Assembly: GCF_035594765.1 (NCBI RefSeq)
Contig: NW_026943823.1
Location: forward strand, 1,240,001 to 1,304,000
Origin: Anolis carolinensis
Lineage: Eukaryota
Reading direction: 5' to 3'
DNA: 64,000 nt
Each line of letters begins with the position of its first letter. Position 1 is the stretch's first letter. The notes under the pieces are model-generated. The model had not been told where the DNA came from. It did not search any database and saw nothing but the letters and a program-made list of their open reading frames with translations. Positions 43,881 to 63,874 of the stretch are shown piece after piece. A program made the position numbers and the translations under genes.

Positions 43881-44487
43881 GGAGCCCCCAGTGGCGTAGT
43901 GGATTAAAGTCTTGTGACTTGAAGCTTGGGTTGCTGATCTGAAAGCTGCCCGGTTCGAATCCCACCCGGGGAGAGCACGGATGAGCTCCCTCTGTCAGCT
44001 CCAGCTCCATGCGGGGACATGAGAGAAGCCTCCCACAAGGATGGTAAAAACATCAAAACATCCAGGCGTCCCCTGGGCAACGTCCTTGCAGACAGCCAAT
44101 TCTCTCACTCCAGAAGCAACTCCAGTTGCTCCTGACACACACAAAAATTATACTCATCTCCTTCAATGTAAATATGCTTATGTATCCTTTTAATAATAAG
44201 AGTAAAATAATAAGGATGATAAAAACATCAAAACATCCAGGCATCCCCTGCGCAACGTCCTTGCAGACGGCCAATTCTCTCACTCCAGAAGCAACTCCAG
44301 TTGCTCCTGACACAAAAAAAAATTATACTCATCTCCTTCAATGTAAATATGCTTATGTATCCTTTTAATAATAATAGAGTAAAATAATAAGGATGATAAA
44401 AACATCAATACATCCAGGCATCCCCTGGGCAACATCCTTGCAGACAGCCAATTCTCTCACACCAGAAGCGACTTGCAGTTTCTCAAG
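43881..44487 (+). mobile_element. Anolis SINE2-like element with its 3' half tandemly triplicated (~176-bp unit)
   Basis: AGGATG...AAAACATC...CTCCTGACA at ~44038, 44212 and 44390. Confidence 0.8.
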
Positions 44488-45345
44488 TCACTCCTGACAT
44501 GAAAAAAATTATTAATAATAATAATAACAATTTTTAAAAATAACACCATTGTTTAGATTTGTAGGAAACCTCTGGAAAGGACAACACACAACTGGCTTTA
44601 AAAGGGAGGGAGGGGGAAAATCAACCTGAGAAGCAATCTAAACAAATTTTAAATCATTTCACGAATGGCTTCCTTTGTTTGAGGAGGAGGAGGGCAAAGA
44701 ACTCGGGCACTTTCTCCTGATAGCGCTCTTATTAGAGGGGAATTAGCAGTCAATCAGCCGTGAAAACGATGCGCCATTATCCGTTTGGAGAGCCATCAAA
44801 GCGACAACGCGGCTACTGTACATCTTGACACCCGTCCACATCAATAATTATCAAACTTGGTTCTCGGAGGCAGATCTAATGCGGTTGTTGGTTTATGGCC
44901 TTCCCTGGACTCGAAGGGGGTCACCCAGGCAGACGGGACAAACCAAATAAATAAATGGCAACGTTATCTCAGGGACAGCAAACACGGGAGGAGCAGGCGC
45001 TTAGTATTCCGTAATGGAGTTAGGAGTAATTTGCTGGGAGATAATCATTTCTTTGGGGCCCGAAAGTGTCCTGCCTCCCGCCGCGCGGGCAAATACACGG
45101 ATCTGGCAGGAAATGGGCCGTGATAATGCCGCTCTTTAAATAGAGACACAAAATGGAAATTCAATGGGCCGGCGTTACGAGATACGCTGCTCGTTATGGC
45201 TTGGATCATATGTTGTGTACTTATGGCTGCTACTTGTATTATTTTAAATTGTTGTATGGTTCTGTCTATTATATGTATTTTATTATGCTGTTTTTATCAC
45301 GTTGGAAACCGCCCTGAGTCCCCCGAGGAGATAGAGCAGTATATA

Positions 45346-45409
<64 letters not shown>

Positions 45410-45416
45410 TTATTAT

Positions 45417-46129
45417 GACACACCAAACAAGATAGATATGCTGGATTTCGTATCACAAAACCACAAGTCGAACACTTCCCAAGTGTCTAGGACTGTGTGA
45501 TGTATTTTCAGATGATGCACGCAGATCCCAGTAGGGTGGCCTTTTGCAGCTGGCAGATCGTAATTTTGTCAATGTCTATTGTTTCCAAATGCCGGCTGAG
45601 ATCTTTTGGCACGGCACCCAGTGTGCCCATCACCACCGGGACCACCTGCACTGGTTTCTGCCAGAGTCTTTGCAGTTCAGTCTTGAGGTCCTGATAGCGG
45701 CTGAGTTTTTCCTGTTGTTTTTCGTCAATGCGACTGTCACCTGGGATGGTGACATCATTGATCCAAACCTTTTTCTTTTCCACAACTGTGATGTCTGGTG
45801 TGTTGTGTTCCAGAACTTTGTCAGTCTGGATTCGGAAGTCCCACAGTATCTTTGCATGCTCATTTTCCAAGACTTTTGCAGGTTTGTGATCCCACCAGTT
45901 CTTTGCTGCTGGGAGGTGGTACTTGAGGCATAAGTTCCAATGAATCCTTTGGGCCACATAGTTGCGCCTCTGTTTGTAGTCTGTCTTTGCAATTTTCTTA
46001 CAGCAGCTGTGGATATGATCAATGGTTTCGTCGGTTTCCTTGCACAGTCTGCATTTTGGGTCATCAGCTGATTTTTCGATCTTGGCCTTAATTGCATTTG
46101 TTCTGATGGCTTGCTCATGGGCTGCAAGG

Positions 46130-46130
<1 letters not shown>
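45417..46130 (-). mobile_element. 5'-truncated R4/Dong-clade non-LTR retrotransposon (CCHC knuckle plus RLE) within (TAA)n
   Basis: CRLCKETDETIDHIHSCC zinc knuckle, then PD...D...K endonuclease motifs; (ATT)n on both flanks. Confidence 0.88.
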
Positions 46131-46186
<56 letters not shown>

Positions 46187-48943
46187 GGTGCTTCCATCTA
46201 CTTTGGACTTATGATTACCTTGATCACCGTTGGCCTTTTAAAATGATGTCCTTAGAAGCATCTACCAAGTGAAATGACATTTGTGACACCTGAAGAAAGT
46301 GGATTTTTTCCTCTTTGGAGAATACTCATGGGAGGCGTTCACTCCAAAGATTTTACTAATTGAAATAAACGAAGTTACAATGACAGGCTTGTCAGTTCGG
46401 ACCCCCTTGAAAACCTGCCATTGGGGAGGGGGGAGAAAATACAAATAGCACATTTCTTTGCCCTTGACCTCTTGTCAAGAAGGCGCACTGATTCATTTGC
46501 AAAAAGCATTTGTCTCTAAGCATCTGCGATGACCGCGCTGTATTATCCCATCGAGTCTCAACCAATTCAAGCCACAAAAACAAAGTTTCTGGGTATAACA
46601 ACAACTTTCAAAGCAAGGACCGCACAATGAAACAGGGACAACACTTTCAAACCAGGAACAGAACATTTTTCAAACCCTTCTCCCCGATGATAAATGGACT
46701 TAATGCCACCAAGCAAACAGTGCATTTCTGCGGTGCTGCGATCATGGGAGTCATTAAGTAAAATGATTAATCAGACATCGATGTTCCTAAGATCCAGGTC
46801 GGAGCTCCGCATTGAAGAGCTAATGCATTTGTGATGTTGTCGTTGGCCTCCAACGTCAGCACCGGACGGAAATTGGTGTGCCATTAAGCTCAAGTGATGA
46901 CCTCCTTGGACACATTTTGGCACTCTTCATCCGAGAGGCTGTTGTGCAAACAGATCAGCGAATCCCAGCGTTATCCAGGATGGCATTAACGCTTGTTTTC
47001 CAGGCAATCAGGGACATTTCTGGATTTTAATACACGCACATTCAGGGCCATAAATTACTGGTTTTATCAGTCGGCAAATAGCTTTATCTGTCGGTGAATT
47101 GATCAGCTCGAAGGCATCAGAAGGCGGTGCACAAAGCATCCCTCCTTCCCCTCCTGTCCTTGCAGATCCGTCCTTTTTAAAAGGAAGCAAATGGATTGCT
47201 TTTAAAAAGGAATATTTACTGCTTTTTTAAAAAACAAGTTCATTTCATCATGAAGAACAGAGAGGTAAATGTCAACTCCCAACTCCATCCAAGACACAAA
47301 AACCAACCCAGTTAACCTTCTTGCAGAAGCGTTGCAACCTCCAAAGGCACTTATGGTTATTACTCTGCCAATACTCTGATTCTACGGATGGGAGCCACCG
47401 TTGTTGTTGTTTATTACTTTCTTATAAACTTATAAGTGTAAGTAAAAGCATGGTATTTTGAAAGACAAAGTGAAGAGTTGTCTTACAAAGCTAGTCCCAC
47501 TTGACATTTCAAAATCTCAGAACTGATCCTTGACCGAAAGTTTTCTTCACATTGAAAACTATCATAATGTTTGCCCTGCAGAGCTTGAGGCCAGAGTCTC
47601 CATTATTGTGCATTTCAACACCTAGAATCATAAAGTGGGCCATCCAGTCCAACCCCATTCTGCCAAGAAGCAGGAAAATCGCATTCGAAGCACCTTGAGA
47701 AGCCAATCTTAGTGACAACACAAGACAGGATTTTCCTTGTTTCAGCAACTTGCTATTTAAATCTCTTCCAAAAGAAACTCATTACACAGGAAAAGAATAC
47801 TTTCAATTTCCTCTCTTTCATTGTCTTTCTGACAAAACATCAAGCTCAATTTGAAACAGTGGGAAACAAGGATCGGGGACCCGCTTGCACACAAACAACC
47901 TGAATCCACGTTGCCAGATCCTTTCCAAACACGACACCGCACACAACCAGTTGCATTAGGTTAGTCTCGTTTTTAATGCCATCCCAAACTACCATATTTG
48001 TGTGACTATCTTCAAATACAATTAGAGTTTAACGGGGAGAGGGAGGGAGTAAGACATTTGCCAGTATTTTATAATTGTTTGTTAAATCCTTCACAACATC
48101 AAAAGAGAAAGAAAGAAGGGAGATATCCTATTAACATTATAGCAAGTAGATAGATACAGAATGTACAGTGAACAGTTGTATTTACAATTGCATTTCAGCA
48201 TACATTTCCTTAGAAGAAATTCTGGAAAAACAGTCCAGATTTAATATATATCTATCTATATATATATATATATATAGATATCTATCTATATCTTTTTTAA
48301 ACCATCTGGATTATATTCTCCTCTTTTGCTTTGGTTATGAAATACGTCATCTTTAGGACGCCAATACCATTGGCTGTTATTAAGTGATTCTCAACTATGT
48401 CGCAAAACCTACTTGAAACATGCATTTCTCTCCTTCCTTCGTCACGTGTTCCGGGCCAATACAATGACTAGAATTCAAGTCATGTTCACGGCCTGCTCCG
48501 GCATCATTTCTGGGAAAATTTGCCCAAATTTTTGTGCAAAGCACAGCAAAGAATGAAAAGTCGTGTTTAAATGACAGCCATAAGGCCACTGTGTAAGATA
48601 TTTTCAGGGGCAAATGTGCCAACTATTGCTCTGCCCAAAGGGAAGAAGAAGATATGAGTAAATAGCTCTTGTTGTTGTTGTCGTCGTCAATAAGAAATAA
48701 TGCGCTCTAAGATTTTCTACAACTACTGTTCACCAGCCTTTATAAGGATTTTACATTCATATATATACACAGTTTTCTATGATAGAGATATTATTATTTT
48801 CTGGAAAACTTTACAGATTTTCTTTGATCATCATGTAGAAAAATAATAATAATAATAACCAAAAATGTCACGAATTGGATAAAGAATCGGAATATAATAT
48901 CATTGACTTCGGTTTGCAGCTGCTTGAAAATGAGTTTTGATAA

Positions 48944-49137
48944 CAGGCATGGGCAAACTTGGGCTCTCGTGGTGTTTTGGACTGCAACTCCTATCATTCC
49001 TAACAGCCTCAGGCCCCTTCCTTTTCCCCCTCAGCCGCTTAAGCGGCTGAGGGGGAAAAGGAAAGGGCCTGAGGCTGTTAGGAATGATAGGAGTTGCAGT
49101 CCAAAACACCTCAAGGGCCAAGGTTGGCCCATGCCTA
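48944..49137. mobile_element. Palindromic hAT-type MITE (CAGGCATGGGCAAACT termini)
   Basis: Near-perfect inverted repeat centred on GCTTAAGC (~49040); half-copies at 16136-16200 and 35650-35765. Confidence 0.8.
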
Positions 49138-50146
49138 TCCTAGAAAAGCGAGAAACTGAACGCAGAGACTTACAAAAACATAAACAGATATCCATATTCA
49201 GAGAAAAACATTTTCCAATCAGGCTTTCCGACGCTCAACAGAACAAAATATCAACTGTTTTATATTGATTAAGCAACTTATCTAGATCACAAAGGGCTGA
49301 AGAAATAGGATACAAATAGAGATGGGAAGGCCTGGGGGAAAAAAATCAGGGTTTTAAAAATCAATTTTCCCATTTTTTTCCCAGGCCTTTGCACCTCTAG
49401 ACACAAAATCAGAAACTAAACACAATGTCTTATCTGGATCTTGAATTTTGCTCCCAAATCTTTAAAAAGTCGCCAATGCTCGGATATTTTAAAAGAAAGC
49501 CACACGACACAAAGCCACTTACGTCTATTTTGGACAATGTGGACTGGTAACCGATGTCCCATTGGTGCACATTTACCAATTATAACAGAAACATGAACAA
49601 AACTCCAAGTAGTTGGAAAATTAAAACAGTGTTGAGCGGCCAGAATCCCGGGCGGCTTCAAATGCTTAAAAAGATTTGTCACTGAATTTTAGGCAGCAAA
49701 ATTTCGACGTAGCCTACCTGCGATTTGCTTTAAATTAAGCACGAGAGGATTGCATGGGAATGAAATCAGCTTTTTAAAAATCCAAGACTCCTATTTACGA
49801 AATCAGAAACCAGGCAAGTTTGTAAGACAGCAGCTAGGCTTTTTTTCTTTTTGAAAATGTGAATGGGTTAATAAACACTTTGTGAAGGATCTGCTTTCTT
49901 TTCCTTTTAATCTGTTTTTTTTTCTCCATTTAAACGTCTCAAATAATGTTAAGGCACCATGAAACTACGGGAAAAAACATCTATGCACAGGGAGAAAAAT
50001 GTGATTTTTTTCTACTAGGCATGCTTTACCATTTCTTTATCATACTAAATCAGGATTGCACATTATAATGCAACGACCCTCCCTCCAGGCTCAGCACTGA
50101 CTAATAATCTCAAATAGCTTTTCCACTTCCTAACAAGCAGAAAAAT

Positions 50147-50350
50147 GAGTTGCTGTGAGTTTTCCAGGGTATGGCCATGTTCCAGAAGCATTCTCTCCTG
50201 ACGTTTCACCCACATCTATGGCAGACATCCTCACAAACTCTGAGGATGCCTGCCATAGATGTGGATGAAATGTCAGGAGAGAATGCTTCTAAAATGTGGC
50301 CATACAGCCCAAAAAAAGCACAATTATTCCAACCATGAAAGCCTTCAACA
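50147..50350. mobile_element. Inverted pair of Penelope-like terminal fragments
   Basis: 50147-50235 is the reverse complement of 50236-50320; the right arm carries CTGAGGA...GAAA. Confidence 0.7.
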
Positions 50351-50880
50351 AGCAGAAAAATGCTGGTTTGACAAGAGACCCTTGCAGATCACTATACATT
50401 GCAGATACTGGATGTTTTGTTGACATTTCCTAAGTCATGCATTCATTAGATGGCCAGCGGTCATCTCTAAAGGACTTCCCTGCAGCACAATGCTTGGATA
50501 TATTCCCAACAGCAAAGGAGAAAAGATGTTAGTGATTCCTGCAAACAGTCCTAAATGAGTTGGAGGCCAGACAGCAGAGACCTTTTGATCCAAGAAACAC
50601 ATCCGTTCTCCAATGTTCCCAGACTGAAGCTTTAAACAGAATATGCCAACACTTGAAAGCAAACTAGATTAGCCTGGATTTTTTTTAAAGAATACCCTCT
50701 CTTTTATCAATTGGGGAAAATAATCAATTCTTTTAACATAAACAAAACCGAGCGATGTAGGAGAGACGCAACAGCGAGTCCCAACTCCAACCGAAAGTTT
50801 GGAATAGGCGTACGCACGTAAAAAATATGAATAGGGTTTAAGGCTTAGAAAGAACGCCGACAACGACCACCCGCTTCCTC

Positions 50881-58263
<7,383 letters not shown>

Positions 58264-58530
58264 GGCCGCGGACGCGCGCGGAAACAGCCCGAGGCCACGG
58301 GAAGCCGGAAAGAAAGGCCGCCTCAGCCCGCCGCCATGACAGGACTCAGGCGCCGGCCGGGCCGACGGAAGCCGCGCTGCCGCTCTTCCGCTTCCTCGCG
58401 AGGGAAAACGAGGCCAGCGCTCGCCTCCTCTTTCCCCACAGCGACCCCTGCAGGCCGAGAGGACGAACTGCGCCCCCTGCGGGTGACACGCGGTAGAACA
58501 GCCAGGACCCCAGAGGGAAGGCTTCGGAAA
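58264..58530. promoter_or_regulatory. CpG-island, probably bidirectional promoter of FAM199X and COMMD5
   Basis: CpG-dense; several CGGAA(G) ETS/GABP cores, CTCGCGAG and GCCGCCAT motifs; flanking genes are divergent. Confidence 0.65.
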
Positions 58531-58544
58531 TAGGAATATTTCAT

Positions 58545-60540
58545 GAGTATTTCTACAGATAGGTTATGAATAATTCTGAAATATTTTATGACTATTTCTG
58601 CAGATATTTTATGAATACTTCTGCAGATATGTTATGAATATTTCTGCAGATATTTTAATGTCATTTAATTCAGTGAATATTTCTGCAGATATTTTATGAA
58701 TACTTCTGCAGATATTTTATGAATATTTCTGCAGCTATTTTAATGTAATTTAATTTAATGAATATTTCTGCAGATATTTTTATGACTATTTCTGCAATAT
58801 TTATGACTATTTTTGCAGATATTTTATGAATATTTCTGCAAATATTTTAATGTAATTTAATTCAGTGAATATTTCTGCAATATTTTATGAATATTTCTGC
58901 AGATATGTTATGAATATTTCTGCAGATATTTTAATGTCATTTAATTCAGTGAATATTTCTGCAGATATTTTATGAATACTTCTGCAGATATTTTATGAAT
59001 ATTTCTGCAGCTATTTTAATGTAATTTAATTTAATGAATATTTCTGCAGATATTTTTATGACTATTTCTGCAATATTTATGACTATTTTTGCAGATATTT
59101 TATGAATATTTCTGCAGATATTTTTATGACTATTTCTGCAATATTTATGACTATTTTTGCAGATATTTTATGAATATTTCTGCAGATATTGTTATGAATA
59201 TTTCTGCAGATATTTCTATGAATATTTCTGCATATATTATTATGAACATTTCTGCATATATTTTTATGAATATTTATGCAGATACTTTTATGAACATTTC
59301 TGCATATATTTTATTAATATTTCTGCATATATCTTAACGAATATTTCTGCAGATATTTTTATGAATATTTCTGTAGATATTTTATTACTATTTCTGCAGA
59401 TAGTTTTATGAATATTTCTGCAGATATTTTATGACCATTTCTGCATAGTTTTATGAATATTTCTGCAGATATTTTATGAATATTTCTGCATATAATTAGG
59501 AACATTTATGCATATATTTTATGAATATTTCTGCAGATATTTTTATGAATATTTCTGCAGATATTTTATGAATATTTCTGCAGATATTTTAATGTAATTT
59601 AATTTAATGAATATTTCTGCAATATTTTATGAATATTTCTGCAAATATTTTAATGACTATTTTTGCAGATATTTTATGAATATTTCTGCAAATATTTTAT
59701 GTATATTTCTGCAGCTATTTTATGAATATTTCTGCAGATATTTTATGAATATTTCTTCAGATATTTTAATGTAATTTAATTTAATGAATATTTCTGCAAT
59801 ATTTCTATGACTATTTCTGCAGATATTTTGTTAATATTTCTGCACTATTTTATGAATATTTCTGCAATATTTTATGAATATTTCTGCAAATATTTTATTG
59901 ACTATTTTTGCAGATATTTTATGAATATTTCTGCAGATATTTTTATGAATATTTCCGCAGATAGTTTTATGAATATTTCTGCAGATATTTCTATGAATAT
60001 TTCTGCATATATTATTAGGAACCTTTCTGCATGTATTATTATGAATATTTCTGCAGATAGTTTTATGAATATTTCTTCAGATATTTTATGAATATTTCTT
60101 CAGATATTTTAATGTAATTTAATTTAATGAATATTTCTGCAATATTTCTATGACTATTTCTGCAGATATTTTGTTAATATTTCTGCATATACAGTAGAGT
60201 CTCACTTATCCAACATAAACGGGCCGGCAGAATGTTGGATAAGCGAATATGTTGGATAATAAGGAGACATTAAGGAAAAACCTATTAAACATCAAATTAG
60301 GTTATGATTTTACAAATTAAGCACCAAAGCTTCATGTTAGACAACAAATTTGACAGAAAAAGTAGTTCAATACAAAGTAATGCTATTTAGTAATTAGTGT
60401 ATTTACAAATTTAGCACCAAAATATCAAGATTTTTTTAAAACATTGACTTTAAAAATGTGTTGGATAATCCAGAACGTTGGATAAGCGAGTGTTGGATAA
60501 GTGAGACTCTACTGTATTTCTATGAATATTTCTGCAGATC
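58545..60540. repeat. AT-rich ~21-23-bp minisatellite (TATGAATATTTCTGCAGATATTT), interrupted by a MITE
   Basis: Dozens of copies with a TCTGCAGA core. Confidence 0.92.
60192..60514. mobile_element. Tc1/mariner-type MITE
   Basis: TIRs and TA target duplication. Confidence 0.9.
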
Positions 60541-60708
60541 GATTGACTCGTGCTTGCGTGCACTTCCTGATCTGTCCGGCAGGGGCCGCGCGCGAGCAAT
60601 GGAACGTTCCCCGGGAATCCGGAAGCAGCCCGGGGATTTTTTTTTGCAAGAGGAGCTTGCATTTGCATCGCGGTTTTTCCCTTTATTTCCTTTTTGCAGT
60701 CAGCCGCC

Positions 60709-60868
60709 ATGGCGGCCTTGGTCAAGGCGGGGCTCTCCATAGATAGCAATGCAAACAACAGCAGCAGTAGGGTCAGTTTCTTGGGGTCCCGGTTGCCCCC
60801 CGAAGTGGAAGCCATGGCCAAAAGCCTGCGGGAAGTGGGCAAGGAGACCTTCCGGAAGCTCCTCAAAG
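60709..60868 (+). CDS. COMMD5: COMM domain-containing protein 5, first coding exon (rest lies right of the window)
   Basis: Kozak GCCGCCATGG; RVSFLGSRLPPEVEAMAKSLREVGKETFRKLLK matches the COMMD5 N-terminus (RVSFLGAQLPPEVAAMA...TFRKLLK as recalled); donor AAAG|GTCAG; pyrimidine-rich acceptor at ~60699. Confidence 0.88.
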
Positions 60869-61308
60869 GTCAGCAAATGCACAGAGAGACACTTCAATAT
60901 ATCTTTGCATCTGCACTGCAGAGTTAATCCAGTTTGGCACCGCTTGAACTGCCATGGCTGCATCCTATAGAGTCCTGGGAGTTAGAGTTGCACCTTCTCT
61001 GCCAAACTACAACTCCCATAATCCTGTTTTCCAGAGCCAGGGCTGTTTTCCAATGCTCAGAATGCATTCATTCTGTTGAGCCTTAGCTGGGAAGAATAGG
61101 ATGCACAAGACAACCCTGTATCAACAATAATATAATACAATATATGATTGGCTTTAATATATTATTTAGATATATTAATATATTATATGAATGGTTTTTA
61201 ATATATTATGTAATATATTTTATATAATATAAGATTTAATATAATATATAATAAAGTTTTTAATATATGTAATAGAATATAGGGTTTAATTTATTAATTG
61301 TGTATATA

Positions 61309-61713
61309 CAGTAGAGTCTCACTTATCCAACACTCGCTTATCCAATGTTCTGGATTATCGAACGCATTTTTGTAGTCAATGTTTTCAATACATCGTGATA
61401 TTTTGGTGCTAAATTCATAAATACACTAATTACTAAATAGCATTACTTTGTATTGAACTACTTTTTCTGCCAAATTTGTTATAAAACATGATGTTTTGGT
61501 GCTTCATTTGCAAAATCATAACCTAATTTGATGTTTAATAGGCTTTTCCTTAATGCCTCCTTATTATCCAACATATTCGCTTATGCAACATTCTGCCGGC
61601 CCGTTTATGTTGGATAAGTGAGACTCTACTGTATTGAAAACATTGACAACAAAAATGCATTGGATAATCCAGAACGTTGGATAAGTGAGTGTTGGGTAAG
61701 TGAAACTCTACTG
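61309..61713. mobile_element. Tc1/mariner-type MITE (61309-61631) plus an extra terminal fragment
   Basis: TIRs and TA; second GTGAAACTCTACTG end at ~61713. Confidence 0.85.
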
Positions 61714-61742
61714 TATATGTAATAGAATATAGGGTTTAATTT

Positions 61743-61811
<69 letters not shown>

Positions 61812-62918
61812 TATTAATATTAAAGATGTTAATATATTATATCTAAGATAGGTTTTAATAAATTATATAATATGTTAAAGGTTTTACTATATTATATATA
61901 ATACGCTATAGGTATTAATGTATTAATTATATATAATATATATTATAGGTTTTAATATAATATATTTTATACAATGTAATATATATTGTATTATATGTAT
62001 AACGTATTAAATTAAAGGTTTTAAATGAGGGTTATAGGAGAAGCTCAGAAGAGATCAATATATAATATATATGATAGGTTTTAATATAATATATACAATG
62101 TAATATATATTGTATTATATGTATAATCTATTAAATTAAAGGTTTTAAATGAGGGTTATAGGAGAAGCTCAGAAAAGATCTTAAAGATACTATGTTGTTG
62201 TTCTCTCCTAATGACAATAAAGGAAGTCATTCTTGACATATTTTTGTTATCATATGCATCACATCCATTTGTTTGCTTTGTTGATGTAACTGGAAGATAG
62301 ACAGAAAGCAATCCACTTGCTAGCATTGGCAACTATTTAAAATACTTTCTGTCAATAAGAATGTTTTGCCCAAAGTATTTAAAAATCGTTGCAAATGCTG
62401 TCTAGTTTAATGCTTTGTCCAATAAGAGTACTGTATGCAATACTTATTATTATAATCTTATAATATAATAACACCAATATATTAATTATAACACTACTGA
62501 TAATATATAACAATATATAATGATAATATTGTATATTTGTACATTTTCAGTTGTAATGTTTTTAATTGTGAGCCGCTTTGAGTCTCCGTATGGAAAAATA
62601 AAGTGGGACATCAATCAATCAGTCGGTCAAAACACACAAAGCCTTGTCAATATATAAAGCACACAAACATTGCAAAAATTCTATAAACACGCATATTAAA
62701 ATATAGTTTTTATAAAGGTACATATTAAAATGTATTTCTATAAAATACACAGGACAGGTGAAACTGGATGGTTTTTATAACTTCTTATCTTGTTTTATGG
62801 TTTTATTTTTATATTTATTTCTTTGAATCCATTTTTGATTGTTATATTGGTTACTATTTTATTGTTTTGTTTTATATTTTAACTTGTCTACACTTTGTCT
62901 TTTTCTGGGCTTGGCTCC

Positions 62919-62970
62919 ATGTTAGCTGCCCCGAGTCCATTTGGGGAGATGGTGGCAGGATACAAAAATA

Positions 62971-63001
<31 letters not shown>

Positions 63002-63064
63002 GTTGTTGTTGTTGTGAGCCACCCCAAGTCCATTTGGGGAGATGGTGGCGGGATACAAAAATAA

Positions 63065-63112
<48 letters not shown>

Positions 63113-63162
63113 GTGAGCCGCCCTGAGTCCCTTTGGGGAGATGTTGGCGGGATACAAAAATA

Positions 63163-63211
<49 letters not shown>

Positions 63212-63261
63212 GTGAGCCGCCCTGAGTCCCTTTGGGGAGATGGTGGCAGGATACAAAAATA

Positions 63262-63304
<43 letters not shown>

Positions 63305-63354
63305 GTGAGCCGCCCTGAGTCCCTTTGGGGAGATGGTGGCAGGATACAAAAATA

Positions 63355-63400
<46 letters not shown>

Positions 63401-63528
63401 GTGAGCCGCCCCGAGTCCCTTTGGAGAGATGTTGGCAGGATACAAAAATAAAGTATTATTATTATTATTATTATTATTGTGAGCCGCCCCGAGTCCCTTT
63501 GGAGAGATGTTGGCAGGATACAAAAATA

Positions 63529-63574
<46 letters not shown>

Positions 63575-63624
63575 GTGAGCCGCCCCGAGTCCCTTTGGAG
63601 AGATGTTGGCAGGATACAAAAATA

Positions 63625-63676
<52 letters not shown>

Positions 63677-63726
63677 GTGAGCCGCCCCGGGTCCCTTTGG
63701 AGAGATGGTGGCGGGATACAAAAATA

Positions 63727-63772
<46 letters not shown>

Positions 63773-63827
63773 GTGAGCCGCCCCGAGTCCCTTCGGGGAG
63801 ATGTTGGCAGGATACAAAAATAAAGTA

Positions 63828-63874
<47 letters not shown>

